Below are positions 47,665-61,894 of a stretch of DNA of 64,000 bases, piece by piece. The stretch is from Lingula anatina (Eukaryota; Animalia; Brachiopoda): contig CM120648.1 of NCBI GenBank assembly GCA_051362555.1, positions 16,116,587-16,180,586 of the forward strand, given 5' to 3'. Positions within the stretch are counted from its first letter, which is position 1, and every line of letters begins with the position of its first letter. Below the pieces are notes generated by a model. It saw nothing but the letters and a program-made list of their open reading frames with translations. It made no database searches and was not told the DNA's origin. The translations under genes were made by a program, and so were the position numbers.

Positions 47665-49744
47665 ATGAGCGAAAAATACTGTCATCTTAGAGGAGAAAAA
47701 AAATTAGAGTTGCCAGGAGACAGAATGCCTGGAAGAAAAAAGGCCAGAAAATGGTATTTTAAGCCAGGCAATACCTATGGGTCTCAGTACTGGCAAGGTG
47801 TCAGTGAAAAAAAAGCAGACCAGAGGAAAGAAGAAAGTCACCCCTTTACCAGACTGAGTGCTACTCAGTATGAAGACCTTGTGACAGTGAGGAGAGATGG
47901 CACTCTCAGCCTCCATGATGTTGATGGAAATCCTGCTCCAGTGAGGTTGCGGAGACCAGTAAAACCAAAGGCCACAGTCCAGCAGCCTGAGTCTGATGGC
48001 AAGCCACCAGTCAGTGATGATGTCTACAAGCTACACCATCAGGGGAAGCTGCTGCAGTTTTTTAATGACTGCTTTCAAGAGCATGCAGAGAAGAGTGCTG
48101 GTTGTGATGGCAGACTTGTCTTCGACCCAAACAAAGAGGAGAAGCGAGGACTGTGTTGGAAGGAGGAAATGAAGTGTGAGAAATGCAGCTATCACTCTAA
48201 AAAGACAAAACTGTACACAGAGGTGACAAGAGAAGGACCAGGGTGCAAGGCAGCAGTACCTAATGTAGCCATACAAGTTGGACTGTCCCAGACAATGATA
48301 TCAAATGTTGCATGCCGGCGAATTTTGATGTCAGCTCACATCCCTGTACCAGCAACAAGTGGGATGCAGAAACATACAAACAGTGTGCATGACAAGATAG
48401 TGGAAGCCAACAGAGGTGACATGGCCAGAAGGCGGGCTCAGCTGCATGAGAACAACCAAGTAATGGGCCTCCCCAGAGACGCACCCATCAGAGTAGAGGG
48501 AGATGGACGTTATAATAACCCCCTGTATTCAGGTGCAGGGAAAACTCCCTTCCAGGCAGGCACACAGGCAGTGTATACAGTAGTTGAAAATCAAACTAAG
48601 AGCAAACAGGTGATTGCTGTGGCAACAAAAAATAAACTCGATCTGTACTACAGCACAAAGACTGAGAAACAAGGGGCAGCGTGTGACATGTCCAGATCAC
48701 CATGGCCACTGCTCTGCTTCAGCACCTCCTAACTCCAGCATTGGCGATGAAGCTGACCTAGCCCAGGCATGTGTGTTGGAAATGCAGCAGGACAACGAGC
48801 CAACACGTGTGAAGTACTGCATTCTGGATGGTGATTCACGTGCACTGAAGGGTTTCCAACCTACCTCAGAGACATCAACAAGTGATACATGTACCCCTCC
48901 GCTTCTACTAAAAGACACCCGTCACCTCAGTCTTGGACAGAAACGTGCACTGGCCAAAGTATCCTGGAGTTCTGGGATGTTTCCTAGACATCTGAAAATA
49001 GAGAAAGAAAAACTGATAAACAGATTCAATGAGGATGTTAAGCGTCAGTGTGCTATGACATTGTCACTGTGTTATGATGCATGTGCTGGAGATGTGAACA
49101 AGATGATAAAAAAACTGACCTATGCCACTGATGCCATGATTGACTGTTACAATGGAAACCATGACTTATGCAAAAGAGGCAAGTCCTTCACATGTCAGGG
49201 CACAAAAAGACACCATTGGAACAAGCCCATGCTACCAGAAGGCTACAGGCTACATATGACTGATGAGGATAAAGATAAATTAAGACAATGTATTGGTTAC
49301 AAATTGGACAGAAATGCAGTGCTCTCTCAGCACTTTAATAGTAACAGTCAAAAAGCAGAAGCAGTTAACCGCACCTATACATCAACAAACCCAAAATGTG
49401 TCACCATGACAAGGAATTTCAGTGGCAGGATACACAGTGCTGTCCACAAGGTGAACAATGGACCAGGTCAGTCTACAGTGCAGCTACTGGAACATGTTGG
49501 AGCCAGCCTTCCACACAATTCCCGTGTTCGATGCCAGCTGAAAAGTGAAGATGCACAAGTGAAAAAGAGAAAAGACTCTAAAAAGACTATTAAAAGCAAG
49601 CAAAACAGAATAAAAACTGTTCTAAGAAACTATCAAATGTATGACTCTAGACCAGAAAAAGTTGTGTACAAAAAAGGCATGCATGACAAGCTGCCACAGA
49701 AATCCATTAGATGCCCTCCAGATCATAATTATAATAAAAAATAA
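47665..49744 (+). pseudogene. Frameshifted transposase copy
   Basis: 4-bp insertion aaactc[gatc]tgt at ~48640 splits the ORF into 355 aa + 376 aa frames. Confidence 0.85.
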
Positions 49745-49892
49745 TAATTTTATATAAACAACGTGGTTTGTTATTTATTTATTAAATTGTGTGGGGTTAA
49801 TTTTACTTAAAAGTTGGGGTTAACTTTCGCGGTCACACTTAAAAGTTGGGGTTAACTTTCACAGCAGTCACACTTAAAAGTTTGGGTTAAAG

Positions 49893-50104
49893 TTAGGGTT
49901 AGGGTTAGACTTAGGGTTAGGGTTAGGGTTAAAGTTAGGGTTAGGGTTAGGGTTAGGGTTAAAGTTAGGGTTAGGGTTACAGGGTTAGACTTAGGGTTAG
50001 GGTTAGACTTAGGGTTAGACTTAGGGTTAGGGTTAAAGTTAGGGTTAGGGTTAGACTTAGGGTTAAAGTTAGGGTTAGGGTTAGACTTAGGGTTAGGGTT
50101 AGGG
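49893..50104 (+). repeat. Degenerate (TTAGGG)n tract
   Basis: Direct reading. Confidence 0.95.
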
Positions 50105-51596
50105 TTTGAGCTAGTTTTAAAAATGGGATAAATATTCTCCTACCGGCAGCTCTCTATCTTGTTAGTAAACAAACCACTGCACTGCTGACATTTAGGAGTT
50201 CCCTGCACCAGAGGTCCCACACTGCAACACAACTATCCTTGGTCCTGGAAAAAAAATATGCAGTATTTAACATCCTAGCCTGCTAGTTGGCACCAAAATT
50301 AACTCTAACAAAACAGGAAAAATGTCAGAAACAAAGAGGAAAAAATGAAATACAATTTTTATACACTGTATTTTAGCAGAACTACATTTTGTCTGTCCTA
50401 TACATGTCGTATTCTGTCATTGTAATGACCTATTTTTAGGGTTACACTTGCCACACAAGGGTAGAAACCACCAAATAATTTCCCTTTGACAACTATACAA
50501 AGAAATGCCTGCAAAACTGCATGAATAAAAACATTTCCCATCCCCATGGACGGCAGACACACTGACATAACTCCCAATGGCACAAAAATATACTGTCACC
50601 AGACATTATTTCTTACCGGCATTACTTGAACATGTGACCCTTCTGTTTGTAAGCAAACCACTGCACTGCTCACATGTAGTAGCTCCCTCCGCCAGAGGTC
50701 TCACGACTGCACCACAACTATGCCTGGTCCTGAAAAAAAAACTGGCAGTAGTTTACACCCTGGCCTGCTAGTTGATCCCAAATTTAACCCTAGCAACACA
50801 CAAGAAATACCAGGAAAAAAAATGAAAAAAAGCACTATTTTTATCTGAATGAACTATATTCGTCTATAACAGATGCTAATTGGCTGATTTATCAGTTTCC
50901 GCCCAGAACCAGAAACCAAAAATAACAAAATGACAATCCACCTACATATCCGGTTTAAAGTAGTGCTCAAACTTAATCAATCTTTATGAAATATTCACCA
51001 AAAACTCAACAGCAATCCTAAAACATATCTGGAAAATTTGGTGCCTGTTGTAACAGTACTTATTGATATATTGCAGAATAAAAACATAGTCCAATTTACT
51101 GTGTTACACCTGTAAATTACAACAAAAATGAGAGTAATTATGGTATATGAAGACCTGTGATTTTATGAAAAAGCTATATATCACTTCCAATTTTTTTACA
51201 TGAACAACTTGTTCCTTTAGCTAATCAAAAAAAATATTTCCACACACATTTACCTACTATGACCATTTTATGGAAAGTTTTAAGCTCCCCACCCCCCTAA
51301 ATACATAGATAAATGGATAAAAATGCTGATGCATTATTCCAAACATCTAAGACCTAAAACCAACATTGCATACAAAAGACAAGGTGTCACTTCCTCACAT
51401 GGAAAAAAAATTCCCAGGTTTACATCTGTGTAAACACTTTCCCTGGGGAGTTGAAATCAGTAGGGGCTCTGGGCCAGGTGGCTAGGGACAGGGAGCTAAC
51501 ACAAACATCCTGCTGCCTGGCCTCCTGCTGCCCTGTATAAAAGAGACCCCAGCTCAGCCAAAAATCATACCAGCTCACAGAGTTAGTCTGAAGTCC

Positions 51597-53676
51597 ATGA
51601 GTGAAAAATACTGTCATCTTAGAGGAGAAAAAAAATTAGAGTTGCCAGGAGACAGAATGCCTGGAAGAAAAAAGGCCAGAAAATGGTATTTTAAGCCAGG
51701 CAATACCTATGGGTCTCAGTACTGGCAAGGTGTCAGTGAAAAAAAAGCAGACCAGAGGAAAGAAGAAAGTCACCCCTTTACCAGACTGAGTGTTACTCAG
51801 TATGAAGACCTTGTGACAGTGAGGAGAGATGGCACTCTCAGCCTCCATGATGTTGATGGAAATCCTGCTCCAGTGAGGTTGCGGAGACCAGTAAAACCAA
51901 AGGCCACAGTCCAGCAGCCTGAGTCTGATGGCAAGCCACCAGTCAGTGATGATGTCTACAAGCTACACCATCAGGGGAAGCTGCTGCAGTTTTTTAATGA
52001 CTGCTTTCAAGAGCATGCAGAGAAGAGTGCTGGTTGTGATGGCAGACTTGTCTTCGACCCAAACAAAGAGGAGAAGCGAGGACTGTGTTGGAAGGAGGAA
52101 ATGAAGTGTGAGAAATGCAGCTATCACTCTAAAAAGACAAAACTGTACACAGAGGTGACAAGAGAAGGACCAGGGTGCAAGGCAGCAGTACCTAATGTAG
52201 CCATACAAGTTGGACTGTCCCAGACAATGATATCAAATGTTGCATGCCGGCGAATTTTGATGTCAGCTCACATCCCTGTACCAGCAACAAGTGGGATGCA
52301 GAAACATACAAACAGTGTGCATGACAAGATAGTGGAAGCCAACAGAGGTGACATGGCCAGAAGGCGGGCTCAGCTGCATGAGAACAACCAAGTAATGGGC
52401 CTCCCCAGAGACGCACCCATCAGAGTAGAGGGAGATGGACGTTATAATAACCCCCTGTATTCAGGTGCAGGGAAAACTCCCTTCCAGGCAGGCACACAGG
52501 CAGTGTATACAGTAGTTGAAAATCAAACTAAGAGCAAACAGGTGATTGCTGTGGCAACAAAAAATAAACTCGATCTGTACTACAGCACAAAGACTGAGAA
52601 ACAAGGGGCAGCGTGTGACATGTCCAGATCACCATGGCCACTGCTCTGCTTCAGCACCTCCTAACTCCAGCATTGGCGATGAAGCTGACCTAGCCCAGGC
52701 ATGTGTGTTGGAAATGCAGCAGGACAACGAGCCAACACGTGTGAAGTACTGCATTCTGGATGGTGATTCACGTGCACTGAAGGGTTTCCAACCTACCTCA
52801 GAGACATCAACAAGTGATACATGTACCCCTCCGCTTCTACTAAAAGACACCCGTCACCTCAGTCTTGGACAGAAACGTGCACTGGCCAAAGTATCCTGGA
52901 GTTCTGGGATGTTTCCTAGACATCTGAAAATAGAGAAAGAAAAACTGATAAACAGATTCAATGAGGATGTTAAGCGCCAGTGTGCTATGACATTGTCACT
53001 GTGTTATGATGCATGTGCTGGAGATGTGAACAAGATGATAAAAAAACTGACCTATGCCACTGATGCCATGATTGACTGTTACAATGGAAACCATGACTTA
53101 TGCAAAAGAGGCAAGTCCTTCACATGTCAGGGCACAAAAAGACACCATTGGAACAAGCCCATGCTACCAGAAGGCTACAGGCTACATATGACTGATGAGG
53201 ATAAAGATAAATTAAGACAATGTATTGGTTACAAAATGGACAGAAATGCAGTGCTCTCTCAGCACTTTAATAGTAACAGTCAAAAAGCAGAAGCAGTTAA
53301 CCGCACCTATACATCAACAAACCCAAAATGTGTCACTATGACAAGGAATTTCAGTGGCAGGATACACAGTGCTGTCCACAAGGTGAACAATGGACCAGGT
53401 CAGTCTACAGTGCAGCTACTGGAACATGTTGGAGCCAGCCTTCCACACAATTCCCGTGTTCGATGCCAGCTGAAAAGTGAAGATGCACAAGTGAAAAAGA
53501 GAAAAGACTCTAAAAAGACTATTAAAAGCAAGCAAAACAGAATAAAAACTGTTCTAAGAAACTATCAAATATATGACTCTAGACCAGAAAAAGTTGTGTA
53601 CAAAAAAGGCATGCATGACAAGCTGCCACAGAAATCCATTAGATGCCCTCCAGATCATAATTATAATAAAAAATAA
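51597..53676 (+). pseudogene. Frameshifted transposase copy
   Basis: Same 4-bp insertion at ~52572. Confidence 0.85.
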
Positions 53677-53824
53677 TAATTTTATATAAACAACGTGGTT
53701 TGTTATTTATTTATTAAATTGTGTGGGGTTAATTTTACTTAAAAGTTGGGGTTAACTTTCGCGGTCACACTTAAAAGTTGGGGTTAACTTTCACAGCAGT
53801 CACACTTAAAAGTTGGGGTCAAAG

Positions 53825-54030
53825 TTAGGGTTAGGGTTAGACTTAGGGTTAGGGTTAGGGTTAAAGTTAGGGTTAGGGTTAGGGTTAAAGTTAGGGTTAG
53901 GGTTAGAGGGTTAGACTTAGGGTTAGGGTTAGACTTAGGGTTAGACTTAGGGTTAGGGTTAAAGTTAGGGTTAGGGTTAGACTTAGGGTTAAAGTTAGGG
54001 TTAGGGTTAGACTTAGGGTTAGGGTTAGGG
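53825..54030 (+). repeat. Degenerate (TTAGGG)n tract
   Basis: Direct reading. Confidence 0.95.
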
Positions 54031-55522
54031 TTTGAGCTAGTTTTAAAAATGGGATAAATATTCTCCTACCGGCAGCTCTCTATCTTGTTAGTAAACAAAC
54101 CACTGCACTGCTGACATTTAGGAGTTCCCTGCACCAGAGGTCCCACACTGCAATACAACTATCCTTGGTCCTGGAAAAAAAATATGCAGTATTTAACATC
54201 CTAGCCTGCTAGTTGGCACCAAAATTAACTCTAACAAAACAGGAAAAATGTCAGAAACAAAGAGGAAAAAATGAAATACAATTTTTATACACTGTATTTT
54301 AGCAGAACTACATTTTGTCTGTCCTATACATGTCGTATTCTGTCATTGTAATGACCTATTTTTAGGGTTACACTTGCCACACAAGGGTAGAAACCACCAA
54401 ATAATTTCCCTTTGACAACTATACAAAGAAATGCCTGCAAAACTGCATGAATAAAAACATTTCCCATCCCCATGGACGGCAGACACACTGACATAACTCC
54501 CAATGGCACAAAAATATACTGTCACCAGACATTATTTCTTACCGGCATTACTTGAACATGTGACCCTTCTGTTTGTAAGCAAACCACTGCACTGCTCACA
54601 TGTAGTAGCTCCCTCCGCCAGAGGTCTCACGACTGCACCACAACTATGCCTGGTCCTGAAAAAAAAACTGGCAGTAGTTTACACCCTGGCCTGCTAGTTG
54701 ATCCCAAATTTAACCCTAGCAACACACAAGAAATACCAGGAAAAAAAATGAAAAAAAGCACTATTTTTATCTGAATGAACTATATTCGTCTATAACAGAT
54801 GCTAATTGGCTGATTTATCAGTTTCCGCCCAGAACCAGAAACCAAAAATAACAAAATGACAATCCACCTACATATCCGGTTTAAAGTAGTGCTCAAACTT
54901 AATCAATCTTTATGAAATATTCACCAAAAGCTCAACAGCAATCCTGAAACATATCTGGAAAATTTGGTGCCTGTTGTAACAGTACTTATTGATATATTGC
55001 AGAATAAAAACATAGTCCAATTTACTGTGTTACACCTGTAAATTACAACAAAAATGAGAGTAATTATGGTATATGAAGACCTGTGATTTTATGAAAAAGC
55101 TATATATCACTTCCAATTTTTTTACATGAACAACTTGTTCCTTTAGCTAATCAAAAAAAATATTTCCACACACATTTACCTACTATGACCATTTTATGGA
55201 AAGTTTTAAGCTCCCCACCCCCCTAAATACATAGATAAATGGATAAAAATGCTGATGCATTATTCCAAACATCTAAGACCTAAAACCAACATTGCATACA
55301 AAAGACAAGGTGTCACTTCCTCACATGGAAAAAAAATTCCCAGGTTTACATCTGTGTAAACACTTTCCCTGGGGAGTTGAAATCAGTAGGGGCTCTGGGC
55401 CAGGTGGCTAGGGACAGGGAGCTAACACAAACATCCTGCTGCCTGGCCTCCTGCTGCCCTGTATAAAAGAGACCCCAGCTCAGCCAAAAATCATACCAGC
55501 TCACAGAGTTAGTCTGAAGTCC

Positions 55523-57602
55523 ATGAGTGAAAAATACTGTCATCTTAGAGGAGAAAAAAAATTAGAGTTGCCAGGAGACAGAATGCCTGGAAGAAAAAAG
55601 GCCAGAAAATGGTATTTTAAGCCAGGCAATACCTATGGGTCTCAGTACTGGCAAGGTGTCAGTGAAAAAAAAGCAGACCAGAGGAAAGAAGAAAGTCACC
55701 CCTTTACCAGACTGAGTGCTACTCAGTATGAAGACCTTGTGACAGTGAGGAGAGATGGCACTCTCAGCCTCCATGATGTTGATGGAAATCCTGCTCCAGT
55801 GAGGTTGCGGAGACCAGTAAAACCAAAGGCCACAGTCCAGCAGCCTGAGTCTGATGGCAAGCCACCAGTCAGTGATGATGTCTACAAGCTACACCATCAG
55901 GGGAAGCTGCTGCAGTTTTTTAATGACTGCTTTCAAGAGCATGCAGAGAAGAGTGCTGGTTGTGATGGCAGACTTGTCTTCGACCCAAACAAAGAGGAGA
56001 AGCGAGGACTGTGTTGGAAGGAGGAAATGAAGTGTGAGAAATGCAGGTATCACTCTAAAAAGACAAAACTGTACACAGAGGTGACAAGAGAAGGACCAGG
56101 GTGCAAGGCAGCAGTACCTAATGTAGCCATACAAGTTGGACTGTCCCAGACAATGATATCAAATGTTGCATGCCGGCGAATTTTGATGTCAGCTCACATC
56201 CCTGTACCAGCAACAAGTGGGATGCAGAAACATACAAACAGTGTGCATGACAAGATAGTGGAAGCCAACAGAGGTGACATGGCCAGAAGGCGGGCTCAGC
56301 TGCATGAGAACAACCAAGTAATGGGCCTCCCCAGAGATGCACCCATCAGAGTAGAGGGAGATGGACGTTATAATAACCCCCTGTATTCAGGTGCAGGGAA
56401 AACTCCCTTCCAGGCAGGCACACAGGCAGTGTATACAGTAGTTGAAAATCAAACTAAGAGCAAACAGGTGATTGCTGTGGCAACAAAAAATAAACTCGAT
56501 CTGTACTACAGCACAAAGACTGAGAAACAAGGGGCAGCGTGTGACATGTCCAGATCACCATGGCCACTGCTCTGCTTCAGCACCTCCTAACTCCAGCATT
56601 GGCGATGAAGCTGACCTAGCCCAGGCATGTGTGTTGGAAATGCAGCAGGACAACGAGCCAACACGTGTGAAGTACTGCATTCTGGATGGTGATTCACGTG
56701 CACTGAAGGGTTTCCAACCTACCTCAGAGACATCAACAAGTAATACATGTACCCCTCCGCTTCTACTAAAAGACACCCGTCACCTCAGTCTTGGACAGAA
56801 ACGTGCACTGGCCAAAGTATCCTGGAGTTCTGGGATGTTTCCTAGACATCTGAAAATAGAGAAAGAAAAACTGATAAACAGATTCAATGAGGATGTTAAG
56901 CGTCAGTGTGCTATGACATTGTCACTGTGTTATGATGCATGTGCTGGAGATGTGAACAAGATGATAAAAAAACTGACCTATGCCACTGATGCCATGATTG
57001 ACTGTTACAATGGAAACCATGACTTATGCAAAAGAGGCAAGTCCTTCACATGTCAGGGCACAAAAAGACACCATTGGAACAAGCCCATGCTACCAGAAGG
57101 CTACAGGCTACATATGACTGATGAGGATAAAGATAAATTAAGACAATGTATTGGTTACAAATTGGACAGAAATGCAGTGCTCTCTCAGCACTTTAATAGT
57201 AACAGTCAAAAAGCAGAAGCAGTTAACCGCACCTATACATCAACAAACCCAAAATGTGTCACCATGACAAGGAATTTCAGTGGCAGGATACACAGTGCTG
57301 TCCACAAGGTGAACAATGGACCAGGTCAGTCTACAGTGCAGCTACTGGAACATGTTGGAGCCAGCCTTCCACACAATTCCCGTGTTCGATGCCAGCTGAA
57401 AAGTGAAGATGCACAAGTGAAAAAGAGAAAAGACTCTAAAAAGACTATTAAAAGCAAGCAAAACAGAATAAAAACTGTTCTAAGAAACTATCAAATGTAT
57501 GACTCTAGACCAGAAAAAGTTGTGTACAAAAAAGGCATGCATGACAAGCTGCCACAGAAATCCATTAGATGCCCTCCAGATCATAATTATAATAAAAAAT
57601 AA
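55523..57602 (+). pseudogene. Frameshifted transposase copy
   Basis: Same 4-bp insertion at ~56498. Confidence 0.85.
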
Positions 57603-57750
57603 TAATTTTATATAAACAACGTGGTTTGTTATTTATTTATTAAATTGTGTGGGGTTAATTTTACTTAAAAGTTGGGGTTAACTTTCGCGGTCACACTTAA
57701 AAGTTGGGGTTAACTTTCACAGCAGTCACACTTAAAAGTTTGGGTTAAAG

Positions 57751-57962
57751 TTAGGGTTAGGGTTAGACTTAGGGTTAGGGTTAGGGTTAAAGTTAGGGTT
57801 AGGGTTAGGGTTAGGGTTAAAGTTAGGGTTAGGGTTACAGGGTTAGACTTAGGGTTAGGGTTAGACTTAGGGTTAGACTTAGGGTTAGGGTTAAAGTTAG
57901 GGTTAGGGTTAGACTTAGGGTTAAAGTTAGGGTTAGGGTTAGACTTAGGGTTAGGGTTAGGG
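57751..57962 (+). repeat. Degenerate (TTAGGG)n tract
   Basis: Direct reading. Confidence 0.95.
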
Positions 57963-59454
57963 TTTGAGCTAGTTTTAAAAATGGGATAAATATTCTCCTA
58001 CCGGCAGCTCTCTATCTTGTTAGTAAACAAACCACTGCACTGCTGACATTTAGGAGTTCCCTGCACCAGAGGTCCCACACTGCAACACAACTATCCTTGG
58101 TCCTGGAAAAAAAATATGCAGTATTTAACATCCTAGCCTGCTAGTTGGCACCAAAATTAACTCTAACAAAACAGGAAAAATGTCAGAAACAAAGAGGAAA
58201 AAATGAAATACAATTTTTATACACTGTATTTTAGCAGAACTACATTTTGTCTGTCCTATACATGTCGTATTCTGTCATTGTAATGACCTATTTTTAGGGT
58301 TACACTTGCCACACAAGGGTAGAAACCACCAAATAATTTCCCTTTGACAACTATACAAAGAAATGCCTGCAAAACTGCATGAATAAAAACATTTCCCATC
58401 CCCATGGACGGCAGACACACTGACATAACTCCCAATGGCACAAAAATATACTGTCACCAGACATTATTTCTTACCGGCATTACTTGAACATGTGACCCTT
58501 CTGTTTGTAAGCAAACCACTGCACTGCTCACATGTAGTAGCTCCCTCCGCCAGAGGTCTCACGACTGCACCACAACTATGCCTGGTCCTGAAAAAAAAAC
58601 TGGCAGTAGTTTACACCCTGGCCTGCTAGTTGATCCCAAATTTAACCCTAGCAACACACAAGAAATACCAGGAAAAAAAATGAAAAAAAGCACTATTTTT
58701 ATCTGAATGAACTATATTCGTCTATAACAGATGCTAATTGGCTGATTTATCAGTTTCCGCCCAGAACCAGAAACCAAAAATAACAAAATGACAATCCACC
58801 TACATATCCGGTTTAAAGTAGTGCTCAAACTTAATCAATCTTTATGAAATATTCACCAAAAGCTCAACAGCAATCCTGAAACATATCTGGAAAATTTGGT
58901 GCCTGTTGTAACAGTACTTATTGATATATTGCAGAATAAAAACATAGTCCAATTTACTGTGTTACACCTGTAAATTACAACAAAAATGAGAGTAATTATG
59001 GTATATGAAGACCTGTGATTTTATGAAAAAGCTATATATCACTTCCAATTTTTTTACATGAACAACTTGTTCCTTTAGCTAATCAAAAAAAATATTTCCA
59101 CACACATTTACCTACTATGACCATTTTATGGAAAGTTTTAAGCTCCCCACCCCCCTAAATACATAGATAAATGGATAAAAATGCTGATGCATTATTCCAA
59201 ACATCTAAGACCTAAAACCAACATTGCATACAAAAGACAAGGTGTCACTTCCTCACATGGAAAAAAAATTCCCAGGTTTACATCTGTGTAAACACTTTCC
59301 CTGGGGAGTTGAAATCAGTAGGGGCTCTGGGCCAGGTGGCTAGGGACAGGGAGCTAACACAAACATCCTGCTGCCTGGCCTCCTGCTGCCCTGTATAAAA
59401 GAGACCCCAGCTCAGCCAAAAATCATACCAGCTCACAGAGTTAGTCTGAAGTCC

Positions 59455-61534
59455 ATGAGTGAAAAATACTGTCATCTTAGAGGAGAAAAAAAATTAGAGT
59501 TGCCAGGAGACAGAATGCCTGGAAGAAAAAAGGCCAGAAAATGGTATTTTAAGCCAGGCAATACCTATGGGTCTCAGTACTGGCAAGGTGTCAGTGAAAA
59601 AAAAGCAGACCAGAGGAAAGAAGAAAGTCACCCCTTTACCAGACTGAGTGCTACTCAGTATGAAGACCTTGTGACAGTGAGGAGAGATGGCACTCTCAGC
59701 CTCCATGATGTTGATGGAAATCCTGCTCCAGTGAGGTTGCGGAGACCAGTAAAACCAAAGGCCACAGTCCAGCAGCCTGAGTCTGATGGCAAGCCACCAG
59801 TCAGTGATGATGTCTACAAGCTACACCATCAGGGGAAGCTGCTGCAGTTTTTTAATGACTGCTTTCAAGAGCATGCAGAGAAGAGTGCTGGTTGTGATGG
59901 CAGACTTGTCTTCGACCCAAACAAAGAGGAGAAGCGAGGACTGTGTTGGAAGGAGGAAATGAAGTGTGAGAAATGCAGCTATCACTCTAAAAAGACAAAA
60001 CTGTACACAGAGGTGACAAGAGAAGGACCAGGGTGCAAGGCAGCAGTACCTAATGTAGCCATACAAGTTGGACTGTCCCAGACAATGATATCAAATGTTG
60101 CATGCCGGCGAATTTTGATGTCAGCTCACATCCCTGTACCAGCAACAAGTGGGATGCAGAAACATACAAACAGTGTGCATGACAAGATAGTGGAAGCCAA
60201 CAGAGGTGACATGGCCAGAAGGCGGGCTCAGCTGCATGAGAACAACCAAGTAATGGGCCTCCCCAGAGATGCACCCATCAGAGTAGAGGGAGATGGACGT
60301 TATAATAACCCCCTGTATTCAGGTGCAGGGAAAACTCCCTTCCAGGCAGGCACACAGGCAGTGTATACAGTAGTTGAAAATCAAACTAAGAGCAAACAGG
60401 TGATTGCTGTGGCAACAAAAAATAAACTCGATCTGTACTACAGCACAAAGACTGAGAAACAAGGGGCAGCGTGTGACATGTCCAGATCACCATGGCCACT
60501 GCTCTGCTTCAGCACCTCCTAACTCCAGCATTGGCGATGAAGCTGACCTAGCCCAGGCATGTGTGTTGGAAATGCAGCAGGACAACGAGCCAACACGTGT
60601 GAAGTACTGCATTCTGGATGGTGATTCACGTGCACTGAAGGGTTTCCAACCTACCTCAGAGACATCAACAAGTAATACATGTACCCCTCCGCTTCTACTA
60701 AAAGACACCCGTCACCTCAGTCTTGGACAGAAACGTGCACTGGCCAAAGTATCCTGGAGTTCTGGGATGTTTCCTAGACATCTGAAAATAGAGAAAGAAA
60801 AACTGATAAACAGATTCAATGAGGATGTTAAGCGTCAGTGTGCTATGACATTGTCACTGTGTTATGATGCATGTGCTGGAGATGTGAACAAGATGATAAA
60901 AAAACTGACCTATGCCACTGATGCCATGATTGACTGTTACAATGGAAACCATGACTTATGCAAAAGAGGCAAGTCCTTCACATGTCAGGGCACAAAAAGA
61001 CACCATTGGAACAAGCCCATGCTACCAGAAGGCTACAGGCTACATATGACTGATGAGGATAAAGATAAATTAAGACAATGTATTGGTTACAAATTGGACA
61101 GAAATGCAGTGCTCTCTCAGCACTTTAATAGTAACAGTCAAAAAGCAGAAGCAGTTAACCGCACCTATACATCAACAAACCCAAAATGTGTCACCATGAC
61201 AAGGAATTTCAGTGGCAGGATACACAGTGCTGTCCACAAGGTGAACAATGGACCAGGTCAGTCTACAGTGCAGCTACTGGAACATGTTGGAGCCAGCCTT
61301 CCACACAATTCCCGTGTTCGATGCCAGCTGAAAAGTGAAGATGCACAAGTGAAAAAGAGAAAAGACTCTAAAAAGACTATTAAAAGCAAGCAAAACAGAA
61401 TAAAAACTGTTCTAAGAAACTATCAAATGTATGACTCTAGACCAGAAAAAGTTGTGTACAAAAAAGGCATGCATGACAAGCTGCCACAGAAATCCATTAG
61501 ATGCCCTCCAGATCATAATTATAATAAAAAATAA
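59455..61534 (+). pseudogene. Frameshifted transposase copy
   Basis: Same 4-bp insertion at ~60430. Confidence 0.85.
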
Positions 61535-61682
61535 TAATTTTATATAAACAACGTGGTTTGTTATTTATTTATTAAATTGTGTGGGGTTAATTTTACTTAA
61601 AAGTTGGGGTTAACTTTCGCGGTCACACTTAAAAGTTGGGGTTAACTTTCACAGCAGTCACACTTAAAAGTTTGGGTTAAAG

Positions 61683-61894
61683 TTAGGGTTAGGGTTAGAC
61701 TTAGGGTTAGGGTTAGGGTTAAAGTTAGGGTTAGGGTTAGGGTTAGGGTTAAAGTTAGGGTTAGGGTTAGAGGGTTAGACTTAGGGTTAGGGTTAGACTT
61801 AGGGTTAGACTTAGGGTTAGGGTTAAAGTTAGGGTTAGGGTTAGACTTAGGGTTAAAGTTAGGGTTAGGGTTAGACTTAGGGTTAGGGTTAGGG
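61683..61894 (+). repeat. Degenerate (TTAGGG)n tract
   Basis: Direct reading. Confidence 0.95.

Noticed and set aside
48614-49744. Separate 376-aa second gene or programmed frameshift
   Set aside because: It is the downstream half of the transposase created by a 4-bp insertion absent in sister copies.
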